Below, piece after piece: positions 52,198-64,000 of a stretch of 64,000 nt of DNA. Position 1 is the first letter of the stretch, and each line of letters opens with the position of its first letter. The stretch is from contig NC_058368.1 in NCBI RefSeq assembly GCF_018350175.1, positions 151,158,001 through 151,222,000 on the forward strand. The letters run 5' to 3'. This stretch comes from Felis catus (Eukaryota). A program made the position numbers and the translations under genes. A model generated the notes under the pieces. The model did not search any database. It worked only from the letters and a program-made list of their open reading frames with translations, and was not told the DNA's origin.

Positions 52198-55100
52198 TTA
52201 AGGACCCGTTTACCTAAGTGCTCAGATGTGTAAAATTAAACAAATGATATGAATATGGTACTGGGTCTTCAAACTTTTTAGGCTTGCAAATCAAGAGAAT
52301 CGATATTCTCTTTCTCCTGCGTTCATCCTCACTCTCCCATGCTTTTTGTCTCTCACTCTCTCTGCTCTCCTCCATCTACCCCTCCCTTTACACACACACT
52401 CACATCTTAGGGTTTTGGCCCAACACATCACAAATATGAGGAAAGCCATAATTTGGTTCAACTAGTTTGATAACCGTACCACATCCTGAGACTTCACAAT
52501 GCTGTGCGTTTTTGCTGTGGATACACCATCCATTGGCTCTAAGTCTGTCGGTGGCTCCTTACAAAGATACCATTCTGTGGCCTTCACTGTTTCAAGATCA
52601 GTGTCTAGAGCTCTTTCATGACACGGCATTGGGCTTGATGAACCACATCAATCTCTCAAGTGTAAGAAGACATTCTACGATCTCACATGTATAGTCAAAT
52701 TCAGTTGAAAGTATACTTTATTACAATACCAAATGTTTTGAAGTAAGAAGGGAACTCAGGAGAGGATTCAAAAAAAAAAAAATTGAAGGAAAAAAGGGTG
52801 AAGTCAAGAATTCTTTAAGTTTTTCAGCTATGAATGAGAGAAGGAAAAAAAAGAATCACATAGAGCTCACACTAACTCAAGAAAGATTGAACAGTCCTAA
52901 AGGGGACACTGACCATTCATTTCAACCAAAGGGCTGTAGGAAAATAAACAATGGGACTGAGTACCTTGCCCAGCCCTTTGCAAATATATTAATGTCATAG
53001 ATTTCTTTTTGGTTTATGTAAGGGGAGAAAAACTCAAATGTGAAAGAAAAGAAAAAAATAGTCAAAAATTTTTTTCCTTTACCTATAACCTATACAAGAC
53101 CCTGAGTAGTCTTTTGATAAATACTAGAAATGATTAAATGGACACACTTAAAAAAAAATAGCCAGGTTGTTAGTCTTCACTTAGACTATCCTGATGGAAT
53201 TAGGACTGGATTTATAACTTTTTAACATTTTAGCTGTTACAGAAGAAGGGTGAAAAGACCTACTTTCTGAACCATCGAACCTTTACTTAAAGGCCACCCA
53301 AAACTTAATGAGGCTCTTCAAATGTGAATAGAAATCAGATATCTTAACAAAGTACTTGGTAATTTATTGGTTGGCAGTTTAAAATTTTAAAAATTTTTGA
53401 TCAGAAAATTACCTCCAAGAGATTCACGTTTTAATCAGGCATAGTTTTATTATTTAAAGAGCAAAATAATTCATTTTCTATTTAAAAAAATTTATTCAGT
53501 ACACATATGAAACAACTGAAACTTTACAATGTGTCTAACAATATTTATCAAGTGGTGATGATTCAAATTATCCTATGGTCCGGGATAATTCTAAGGAGAT
53601 AAAGAAGTCTCATACCATGTCCTAAATTGGACTGAAAGTGGATTTTTGAATAGAATACCTAATTCTGTAAGAAATAAATGCCAGAAAATTACTGACTCCT
53701 ATGTACATTACTATATGCAAAAAAAAGTTTAACATCTTTTCCCCTTGCCAAGGGGCCTTGAAAGTGTGCCAGGTACAGGACCTTTGCTCATAACACCTTT
53801 GGCAAGAATAGGTCATTGTCATCATGCTCTTATGAGCTACTTTTTACATTTTAAGATAATTTCTTGCTACTTTTTAAGGAAACACTTGCAGCCACAGAAA
53901 GATAGTTTCTAGGTATTTAAAGATAATTAAAATGATCTCTTATCTATTTTACTTTAAAGAGAAATAAAATTAAACTACATTTAACTGTTGGTCTGACTTG
54001 GTAAATGTTATATAGTCAATTAATAATTCGTTAAGTGGCTTAATGACCAAACTAACATTTATGCACTATTTGTATACTGTTAAATTAATAATTTAGTTTA
54101 AAAATAAAGTTGGAAAAATTTTTTCTTACATGGTTACATTTTCTACTGAAGACTCCCACTTAATACATTTCTACAAGAGGAGGCTAGTTTTAGGGATGTG
54201 TTCTGGCAATAATTTGTGTACTTTACACAAATGAGAATTAGGCTACTAACTGAAAGGAGCCATGGCTGTTAGAAATGATTTTTTAATAAGATTTTTTAAA
54301 ATCACATTGGTATTGGTTGAAAATGTATCCAGGATTAAAGACTGGTTTTAACGACTGTTTATTTTTACAAGGAGAAGTATGAGTTTTCAGACTGAAGTTT
54401 CAAATGCAGAGAATATTCATGCAGATATTTGGGGGTTGATTTATGTTGTATGGTAATAAGCACATTACTTACACTGTACTTTTCAAATGAAGGACATAAA
54501 CCAAATCTGAAAACTAAAGCCCGTATTTTCTCTCTTTGTACTTTGTATTTTGACCTAGTAATCATTAAAAGCGTGAATGTTTATCAATAAAAATTACTGT
54601 AGTGCCATGTATTGTGGCAGAACATTGCTATTTCCCGAGATAAGTACAAAAAAAACCACTCAACATTAATTTGCATCACAAAATGACCTAACATATCTGG
54701 AATATAATGCACAGGCCTTACTGAAAAGAAACCATTATATTTTTCTCTGCAAAACAAAAAAATACTGATATCTGACTGGGCCTGCATGTGCTGCAAGAGG
54801 GGATTGGGGAAGAGGTCTCATTTTCTATCTTACACCTATTGTTTTGTGCATTCTAAACTGTTATATGGGAAGAAAAAGGAAACATACTGAATCCACTTTG
54901 CAGTTAATGTCTTAGTGATTTAAGAGGCAGAATTTTCAAGTTAAAGAGGGGAAACATTATGCTTTTCCTTTCCCAAAGCGATTGCCCAGGAAGAAGGCCC
55001 TCTGCTCCTTAGCCTACGCAAGGGGAAAAAAGGACATTACTTCGGGCTGAAATCACTCCGAGACAGAAGAGGGGAAGTTTATGATGTGGCACTGTGCACT

Positions 55101-55505
55101 GTATCTGGTCTGTAGCCAGGAAGTTTTCATTTTGTATCTCTGCTGCCAGTACCTGCCTGCATATTCAGAAATAAAAATACACCAGGGCTCTGCCTCAGAA
55201 ACTGGGGATGTTACAAAGAATTAAAAGAGTTTATTTTTCTTTCCTTATCCTGAGTGTAATTACTGTTTTTAAAAAGAAAGAGCTGAAACTATAGTAACTG
55301 GAGGTTTTTTTTTTTCCTTTTTAAACTCCTCAAACTACCTTCCCACAAAGCCATTTAAGTTAAATGGTACATTTACAGACTCACCTACATGAAGGATATA
55401 ACCTAAAACATTTGCTTAGACATACATTCTGTTCAGATATAAAGAATGTGGCAAAATAATTGAAAAATATAGGGCCATTATTTTCTTAAAATTTGTGTTC
55501 TTCTC

Positions 55506-55507
<2 letters not shown>

Positions 55508-55549
<42 letters not shown>

Positions 55550-55555
55550 TGTGTG
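55508..55555. repeat. (TG)n microsatellite
   Basis: Seen directly. Confidence 0.9.
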
Positions 55556-58500
55556 TTCATTCATTAAAGAGATTTTTTACTGCAATTAGGTAGTCGGTCC
55601 TATAAAGGCTTCCTTGTGTGACCATGATTTCTAAAAATAAAATGCTCTGGTGAATATTTCTGCTAAATAATCACATCTTCAAAATTACTTTAAAGAAATC
55701 CCAATGCTTCATGTTACATTAAGCAATAATACCAGCCTTCCATAATAAACCTTGGTTGCACACCTTATGCATGGTCAACAATTAATTAGGAGGCTAAAAA
55801 GTCATGTTTACTCCATTAAATAGTAGACTAATTTTCCTGTTTGTCCCTACTTATTTACATTAGTAAGTCGACTTTCTAATTTTGCAGATAAATAAGCATA
55901 TCTAAGCCCAAGCTGCCTATCTTTGGGGTTCGGAGAAAGATGCATTCTCTTGCTATCATTGTTAACTTGCTAAAAGAATCACAGATGTGTGGGAAAAAAA
56001 AGAGAGGTAGTTGTTAGCTGTTTTAAAAACCACTTCTTAGTGATAGAATGAGACCATATCCATCGCTTTTTAAATCCGGTATGCTAGAGATCCATAGTAT
56101 CTGAGAACAATTTTTATGAATTCTTCATGTACATCTTATCTATGACAACAAGATACAAGAGGAAAACCAGACTACGCTCAGGATGTTTTTTGGAAAAAGC
56201 AGGTTCTCACCAGGGACTGCCTCCGAGATCAGTTTCTACAGCTTCTCTAAAAACAAGTTTAAGGTACTTCATTTAAATCATTACGAGAAGATTTGCACTG
56301 TCATTCTACATGAATCGCAACCACTTGCAGGATGAACAACATTGCTCCATTCATTTAAAATTTACCGCATTAAGAATTAATAAAGTTTCTATAACGTCTG
56401 CATTATTAAAGAGTAATGATTCCTGCAAAAATCTGCCTGTAATAGGTTTACTGTTTTTATTGCTTGTAATATCACCAATTTTCTTTACAATGTCCTCAAA
56501 AGATTCTCTTCATGTGTACTTTGAATTTTGTTTACATTGGCTATATTGTAAAAATAAATACAGAGATTTAACTTCAGTAATATAATGACAATGTGACATC
56601 GTACAAAAAATGCATTATGGTGATGACAAATGAATGTTATTGATATTATCATCTGAAACCAAAACATGAATTTATATAAAGGGTATATAATTTCCATGCT
56701 TAATAGTAACATGACTTCCCTTTTTGCAGTTAATGTTAAAATAATATCAAAGAAATAAGAGATAAGAGATATTATCTCTTATTTTTACAACAGTATTCTT
56801 TGTTGTAGAATTTTAATTATTTTTCTTACAGAGACAAAAACAACTAACATAAGAACTCTGATGTTAACTACTTGTTCTTGAGAGGGGTAGGTACTTCTAG
56901 CTCCCGTTATTTTTTTATGCCTCAATATATCTGTGCAATAGGTACTACTGAATTCTTGTTTTGAGCAAAATTGATTCTAGTACACTTTACAGAAGTTATT
57001 TAGTGTTAAAATTACAAAACTTTTATAGCCTTTTTTCAGCATTCAGTGTGAGAAAGGTTTATCAATAAGAACTGCTTTAAAAAAATCTGACAGTTTCTTT
57101 GCTCACTAACTATAGCAAACCATTAGAAATTATTTTCTTTCTCATGCTGTTATTCACTTACACACTGCATATTTGCTTCAATTCTCCAAGGGAAGAAGTC
57201 TGGCTCTTGTGGGAAAAGTCCACCCCTTTCTACATGTTTGCTTCCTTAAACGAAAGGAACACACCCCCTTACATTCTTTGAAATGTGTCCAACATGCACA
57301 GAATTGTAATAGCACTGTATTATTGACCAAATTAGAAAATCTTAAATGAGAGTCAAATATTGTTAAAATGCTATGTGTTTTGAATCATGAGAACTAATGA
57401 CACATACATAGGTAACAGAAATGAACTATGTTCACTCTAGTATCTACATCTGGATGCTCAAAACACTTGTAAGTGTCAGGGGAAGAAATCTGCCAATGTT
57501 TTCGTGCACATGTATGTTGTATGACAACTCAGGAAGAGGCCCATAAATGTTACAGGTTTTTGAGTGTATCCTTTGAATTTTAGACCCATTTGGGGAATGC
57601 CCCCTCCCTTTCATAAATATTTTAAAGAAAAAATATTCAGAAACTAATGTATTCATCTTAGTGAGTACAATCAGAAAGCTGTTTGAAATCTCAGGAGTGT
57701 AAGAGTATCAAAAGTCTATACTCATCATAATGACAGAAAACTCACACCAAAGTTGGTATCCACTAACTTCGACCTCATTAAGACAATCTGCTGATCATGA
57801 GAAGTTATGTTCTAACAAGTCTTCCTTCTATTATGTAGAATACTACACTCCCCAGGCACGTTTTTTGGTTATTTTCTAATAAAGTGATATACTCCGTATT
57901 TGTGGAAAATCTGTGCATTTATCTTTACTTTTATTTTTTCTAAACACTCTTTTTCCTTATTCCATTGCACATAGAAATTTGCAAGTATAAAGACACAAGT
58001 AGGCAAAATTTTATATCTTTTCAAGTATTTCATGTTTAAATAAAATGGTCAGTCCCTTTGCAATCTGTTCACCAGGCATTCCCCGATAAACTCAGCTATC
58101 CAGTTTCCAGGCCTAGAAAATGGAAGCTTTGCTATTCTGCCTATGTTTTTCACTTGGAATAAGAGTGAATATAAACAGTGAATATATAAACTGGAACTGA
58201 AGATAATAAACTTATTAAAACTTAGTAAGATATTGTTATGGTCAAAGAAAAGCTGCAAGTGTGTGCCACAAATCCACTCAGATGAAACATCTCATTCAAT
58301 AGAACTTCCTATCTTATAATAATGCACAGAAAATTAAACACATAAATATTAATTTTATGTATCACAGAAAATGTAGGCAATGAAAATGCAATGTTTACAT
58401 TTATGGGTGACTCATTAGTGTTTTATTGTGTGAAACACTAGGAGGCATCAGTTGGGTAAAAAAGGACTTCAATTTTTAAAGAAGCAAGAAATTACTGTAG

Positions 58501-60021
58501 AGTGGATGTGTAAGAAGTTGGGGTTTTCAAAATGTTATTATGTAAACCAAAACTTTATTCTCTGAAATAAACTCTCAAAACATCATATTTTGTTGTAAAG
58601 AATAATCTCTATATAACATTCATGAAATACATGTAATTTGACCAATAAACACCTATCAAGATATATTTCAAATGTATTGATTCATAACTATGTAATTACA
58701 CATTTTTATGAGGAATATATTTGGTAACAGAATAACATAGTGGCTATTGACTACTATGCATTTTCTGCTCAGTTATTCAATACCATGAGTGTATGTTTTA
58801 TTTCTGGCAAATTCTGTTTTGTGCTCTCTACAACGCCTCTGAAAATGTCTACTGCAATTAAGTCTTATGATAACTGCTTCACATAAGCAGCCACAACTTG
58901 ATGTCTGTTCATAAAGAAGTGACGGAACTTAAAATTTAAGCAATGAAGGTATATAAGTGAAGGATGTTTTCTCTTATTTCACCACTGGAAGCCTGTCATT
59001 TGAAAACTGAGTTTTCTATTGTTTGAATCGTTGTTCATAATGGTGAAGCAACAGGGTTGTGGTATACTTATCTAGCAATCATTGGAAATTGGAGTGTCTT
59101 GCTATTCCTCAACAATCAGCTTTTATCTTTGACCTATCAAAATAACAGTGAACTGCGTAATCCGCCTTTTGTAAGGTGCACAGATTCTGTTGTTGCTCCT
59201 GGTTTTGTGAATCGCCTCTGTAATCTGGTTTGATTTCCTAAAGATGACAGATCTCGGTGAACAGTCAGGCTTTACTGAGTGCAGGGCAGTCCACGCGCCC
59301 ATGAGATTAAGGTACAGTGCTGAGGTCGGGGATCTTAATCACCTATCCTTCCACAGGCAGCACACAGAGTGAACATCAATGATTAAATATTTTCATTGTG
59401 CCCAGGCAATCACTATAGTCATAAAATGAATATGTGCATTTTTATAAATTTTAGATATTAATCTGCCTGGTGTGTTCTCTGAGGATGTGCTTTTGAAACA
59501 AGTAGAACTTTAGCAATAATCTCTTTAAAGTCCACTCTGTAACCCCTAATTACACATGAAATTCTCCCATGTTGTCCCTGAAGCCAGGGTTCTCTGTTTA
59601 ATAACTATTTTTTTTGTTATTATGTAGCACAAGTGTTTCTGCACAGATATTTCCCTATTTTTGTCACTTTCTGAGATTTCATAGACTCAAAATATACCAC
59701 ACGTAGTGTTGGGAAATAAAACCACGAAACATACTACAATAAACAGAAGAAAGTTTTGAAATATAATGTTAACATATGCCAAGGAGTTATTTAGCTCAGC
59801 TTTTTATAATATAAATTGAATACAATAGGTCATTTATTACAAAGATATGGTTGTAGTGTTATTCAATTTATTGATTCGGTGTAAGACTGAGGGCCAGGGA
59901 AGAAATACACAGAAATCTGAAAAATATAAAACATGATGCTTTTTCAGGATTCAACTTTGAATCATTAGACAGTCTTTTTCACTATTGGAATAAACCATTT
60001 CCACCAAATTTAAAAAACTGA

Positions 60022-60025
<4 letters not shown>

Positions 60026-60063
<38 letters not shown>
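60026..60063. repeat. (AT)n microsatellite
   Basis: Seen directly. Confidence 0.9.
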
Positions 60064-60066
<3 letters not shown>

Positions 60067-62302
60067 AAGAAAAGAGGCAAGGTACAGTAGAATCCTTGTT
60101 ATTTAAATTTCATGTATTTAATGTTATGTGTTCCTGGTCTGAAAAGTTAACATTATATGTGATTGCATACTTTTAAAGTATGAACAGCTCACAAAAGGTG
60201 GAAAATTGACTTTTTATTATAAGGTATTTATTTCTTATTTAAACCAAAGAAACAAATGAATATTTATTAAAAGTTAGGTCTTTAATATTGTCTTTGATGT
60301 GACACACAGCAATCAGAATGTAAATAGCATAATTAATGAGTGAAGGAAAATACTGTCTTTAGTAAGAAGTCTGGAAAATATGTCACATATATGCCAAAGC
60401 TTTGTGAACTACAGGAGCAAATAACAATAGATTTTTATAAAGTTTAGTAAAACTTAAAGATAACTGCCAACTATTGTCTCCTTAATGTGACTGGGGAACC
60501 ATATTTTAAATATTGAGTTTAAAGTGTGCTTTGATGAAAACTTTCCGAATTGAGTTTGTAGTCTGCTATACAGCCAAATGTACTTTCCTACAAATAGATT
60601 GAGATTTTTGATTTAAAGATATTTTTCCTCTTGAGATAGTATATTAGGCATATCTCATTTTACCTGTCAATTTCTGAATCCCCTTGCTTTATAATACTTC
60701 TTTTAACTTAATAATTTTATGCATACACTGGGAGACAATAATATGGTTTATTAATTGCATTATATTTAATCGAAACTGATGGAAAAACAAAAATACTGCT
60801 TGTGTCTTATTGGTATATGCTGAACATTTTCAAAGACTAGCCCAAACTGGTATTATTTTAAAAATTAAATACGATGTTTTACTTTCAAATTGGAGAAATG
60901 GAGATTGTTAATCTATTTAAAGCTAAACTTAGTATGCAATACAGAGGTTAAGCGGGGTTCACAGGTGGTCACATTTCCATGTCCTTCCAAGTCTCTAGGG
61001 ATTGGAGTTATTATACCCTACATAAACATCTTTACTCTGCAACCACAATTCCACTGCAAGGTGCCAGTGAAAAAGAGGCTGGTCACTTTTTTTTGACTGG
61101 TATAATGAGGTGGCTGGAGTTCCCTTTACAGCACTTAGAAAATATATGCAGTCACTAACCATTTCACAAGACAGTGACTATTAGAGTTAGTATCAGATTC
61201 ACAATAGTAAAATGCACTTTATGTCAAAGCAATTCTCTACTGAGGACCAGTTAAAGAACTGGCAGAGAGCCTGATTCTACCTATTATACTGTCAGCATTT
61301 ACATATAAAGGTATTTTATACAAAAGACACACATTCCTACAATGTGAAGAAAAGAGCTTTTTCCAAAACATGGTACCCACTGGACCTAGAATAGTCAGAA
61401 ATGTTTCAGATGTAAATTTTCCTTTAAGAATTAATAGCCGTATTCTGGTAAGAAGATAACATTAGTATTAAATTTAAATCCTTGCATAGTATTTAATAAT
61501 ACAATAAACAATGTGTTATGGCTACATATATACTGCCTTTGTGCCAAACTTTATCACTGAGTTTGGTAACTTTCATCCAAAGTCCAGACAGAAGGCAATT
61601 AAAGTGACTTAACCTTGTTTCTTTTTTAAATAGCTATGCATTTGGCTTGACCTGAACAGCAATGCATATACTTGAAACCCCAATACAAATTATGAAATGT
61701 ATAGACTACCATGGCCAGGGTATTACTTTTTGTCCACACCAACTGAGAAGCCCTCTATTAAGCCAGCACTTTGGCAAGAGAAGGAGATGCACAAAGGTAT
61801 ACTCTGACAGACAGCCATGCTTTAGCTGAAACTAATCCCAAGAATTAGTGGCTCAGAAGCATAACCCAAAGCAAATCAGAGTCTTTGGGGGGACTCACAG
61901 GAGCATCTTTCCACAGTAAACTAGCGGCTAAATCTTAAGGTATGTACTTCAAGGTCACAGAACATTCTGTGAAATATTAAAATCCACCAGGCTCCACACG
62001 CTCCACCATATCAAACATGCTAATGACGTGAACTAACTTCATGAAACTTTAAACACACTGGTGTGACAAGAACGAGTCAGGAGTGATTTCAATAACTGAT
62101 GGCAAACGGATAAGACTATCTAAAAAGTTACTTTTAGCAACAGACAAGGAAATCACATAATCTAAAAAAGAGAATGCACAACAAGCCTCAACTTCAGCCT
62201 TCAAAGAGGAACAGACTCAGTGCCGTGGAATATACTGATGCAGATTTGAGAGACAATACCCAGGCTATTTCTATTTCCTCGAGAAATGTCAGGGGTACTT
62301 AC

Positions 62303-62550
62303 ATGAAGGAAGCCCCGATCAGATTAGTCCTTGGGATATTTTCCTTTCTTAAGAGAGAGAGAGAGAGAAAAAAAAAATAACAATAATCTTTACTTCGTCC
62401 AGCCTTGAAGTGTTTCTCCACCTGATTCAAACATGCAGCCACGGCGACCCACACAGAACCTTCAAAGTCAATCCAATAGCAGCCTGAAGATGTCTGGGTG
62501 TACGCGTGTGCTCAAGTGTCTGTGACTGCGAGCAGAGCGAGCAGAGAGCT
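62303..62550 (-). other. MEF2C: MEF2C non-coding exon 1 (CpG-island promoter); 5' end approximate
   Basis: The minus strand CAGCTCTCTGCTCGCTCTGCTCGCAGTCACAGACACTTGAGC...CTAATCTGATCGGGGCTTCCTTCAT matches remembered MEF2C cDNA 5' sequence and ends at the consensus donor CAT|GTAAGT (GT at 62302-62301). Confidence 0.9.
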
Positions 62551-62636
62551 GGAGACGAAGTGTGTGCGCGCGCGGGGGGAGCGCGCGCGGGGGAGGCGCG
62601 CGCGGGGTCGCGCATTCGCGCGTTCCGAGGCCGCTC

Positions 62637-62734
62637 GGAAGAGGAGGAGGAGGAGAAGGAGGTGGAGGAAGAGGAGGAGGAAAAGAAGGAGGAAGAGGAG
62701 GAGGAGGAGGAGGAAGAGGAGGAGGAGGAGAAAG
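62637..62734 (+). repeat. (GAG/GAA)n polypurine tract, 98 nt with a single pyrimidine (T62663)
   Basis: Seen directly, ~90-180 bp upstream of the exon 1 start. Confidence 0.92.
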
Positions 62735-62900
62735 TAGCTCTCAGCAGCCGGCCGGATTAAAAGTAACCAGACTCGTCCAGAAAACTGCGTCCAGGAAGGA
62801 AGTGACAGAAGACGAATGGGAAAAGGAGAGCCGCTCGCAGCCTTTGAAACATCGCGTAAAAAAGGCGGGGGGGGGGGGGGCGCAGAGGGGAGTGGTGGAA
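62640..62900 (+). ncRNA. Possible start region of a divergent antisense lncRNA (position of human MEF2C-AS1)
   Basis: Inference only. Human MEF2C has a head-to-head lncRNA at this promoter, and this is a CpG-island promoter. No exon boundaries can be shown from the sequence. Confidence 0.3.
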
Positions 62901-64000
62901 GGATATTGGGAGGGGAGACGGGGGTGGCAGGGAAAACGGAGCAGACGGGCTTGGGGTTCTAAGCAGCACGTCCTAAGAAGTGCTTCTTGCTTCTTTTTTC
63001 CCCTTTATTTTGTCCTTGCCCTTGCCTTTGCCTCGCGCTGCCTTTTCCTCTCCGTCTCTCTCTCTCCCTCACAATCCCAAACCGTTGACTCTCTCCTCGC
63101 GAGCTAGAGAAATCATCAGTTTCACTCTCTCAAAAGGGGGGCGGGACTAGACCTCGGAGCATTTTAATAAAACAAACATACAGCAGTTCCCTCCTCACCC
63201 CTCCAGTCTCAACTAGATTGATAAATTACTCCACTACACTACTTTAATTATGTATATGGTATGCAGAATAAATCACTGAACATCAGTACCTCAATCAAGC
63301 ACTTTTAAATGATAATTGCATCTTGGTGAATCAATCTTTCCATTCCTGACATTTTGCTAATTTTAGTTTTACGGTGGGGTAATGGCACATGCCATACGCA
63401 AACCTAATGACAATTCTTTATTGCACGAAATGAAGACAACATCGCGAGCGGCGGCTCCCCGCTCTCCCCACGCTGCCGCTGAGAACGCTCGGAGAACCCT
63501 CTCCGGCTGCCGCGCGCTCGCTCCCCGGGGACTCTGCGAGCCAGCCAGCAGGAAAGTCCTTCTAAAGTCGGAATCTTTCCTCTGACCAATAGGAGCGCGA
63601 CCCTAATAGTTGCTCTCGTGACTTTTCCCCTGTTTGGAGACGTGTTAACCACTTCTTTCTTCCACCGGTCCGAGCGCTCCTCTGTTACTCACGCGTAGAA
63701 GCCACCGTCCAGGATGTCTGCAGCACTCGATTCCAGCGCGCTTTTCCTGCACGCCCAGAATAGGCGGTTTTCGGCCCTGAAAGGCTGGAGGGCTAAAAAG
63801 CGTGCCGAAATACTTCTCATGTGTTAGTAATGTACAAAATAATAAAATAATTACCAGTATTTGAAATCTCGACTTCATCGCGGGGCCATGAACTTTCTAA
63901 TCAGTTTGGAAATATTTACCGAGGCGGCAGCTTCCTCGGAGATTTCCCCCCTCCCAACGCCTACTTCTATCTCTTCCACACCTTACTGGATTTTATCCAG

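Larger units (their letters stand above)
6445..62302 (-). other. MEF2C: MEF2C intron 1 (55,858 nt, GT-AG)
   Basis: Bounded by the exon 1 donor and the exon 2 proximal acceptor. Confidence 0.85.
62430..64000. promoter_or_regulatory. MEF2C: CpG-rich promoter region of MEF2C (two CpG-dense blocks, ~62430-63160 and ~63430-63960)
   Basis: Sharp rise in GC and CpG density against the AT-rich background. Contains GC-box-like GGGGGGCGGG near 63136-63146, CCAAT at 63586-63590, ETS-like AGGAAGTG near 62796-62804 and a MEF2-consensus CTAATTTTAG at 63357-63366. Confidence 0.85.

Noticed and set aside
14063..55640. Additional MEF2-like YTA(W)4TAR matches (e.g. near 14063, 22505, 51697, 55631)
   Set aside because: Expected by chance in AT-rich DNA without conservation or ChIP support.
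62498..63107. ORFs with poly-Arg, poly-Glu and poly-Gly (79, 84 and 181 aa)
   Set aside because: These are three frames of the same (GAG)n/GC-rich promoter tract, which is stop-poor by composition; non-ATG starts and no domain.

Overview
This is AT-rich mammalian genomic DNA, almost certainly from a felid (many SINEC_Fc-type carnivore SINEs and feline-type L1 3' ends). It holds the 5' part of MEF2C on the minus strand: a CpG-island promoter and non-coding exon 1 (~62303-62550), a 55.9-kb intron 1 (6445-62302), and exon 2 (6249-6444), which carries the start codon and first 18 MADS-box codons (MGRKKIQITRIMDERNRQ). Intron 2 runs off the window start. The rest is intronic regulatory DNA (including a likely orthologue of an ETS-dependent endothelial enhancer at ~9.7-10.1 kb), SINE/LINE/MIR/L2/hAT relics and microsatellites. 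None of the ORFs in the supplied track is a credible gene. I found no wholly new genetic system. The most interesting readouts are a NAGNAG acceptor whose distal choice builds a new upstream AUG across the exon1/exon2 junction, in frame with the CDS; a juxtaposed AG|GTGAGT site deep in intron 1; two neighbouring templated-insertion scars at 13.6-14.0 kb; and strong SINE exclusion around both exons. Comparisons with human or mouse sequence are from memory, not from a search.
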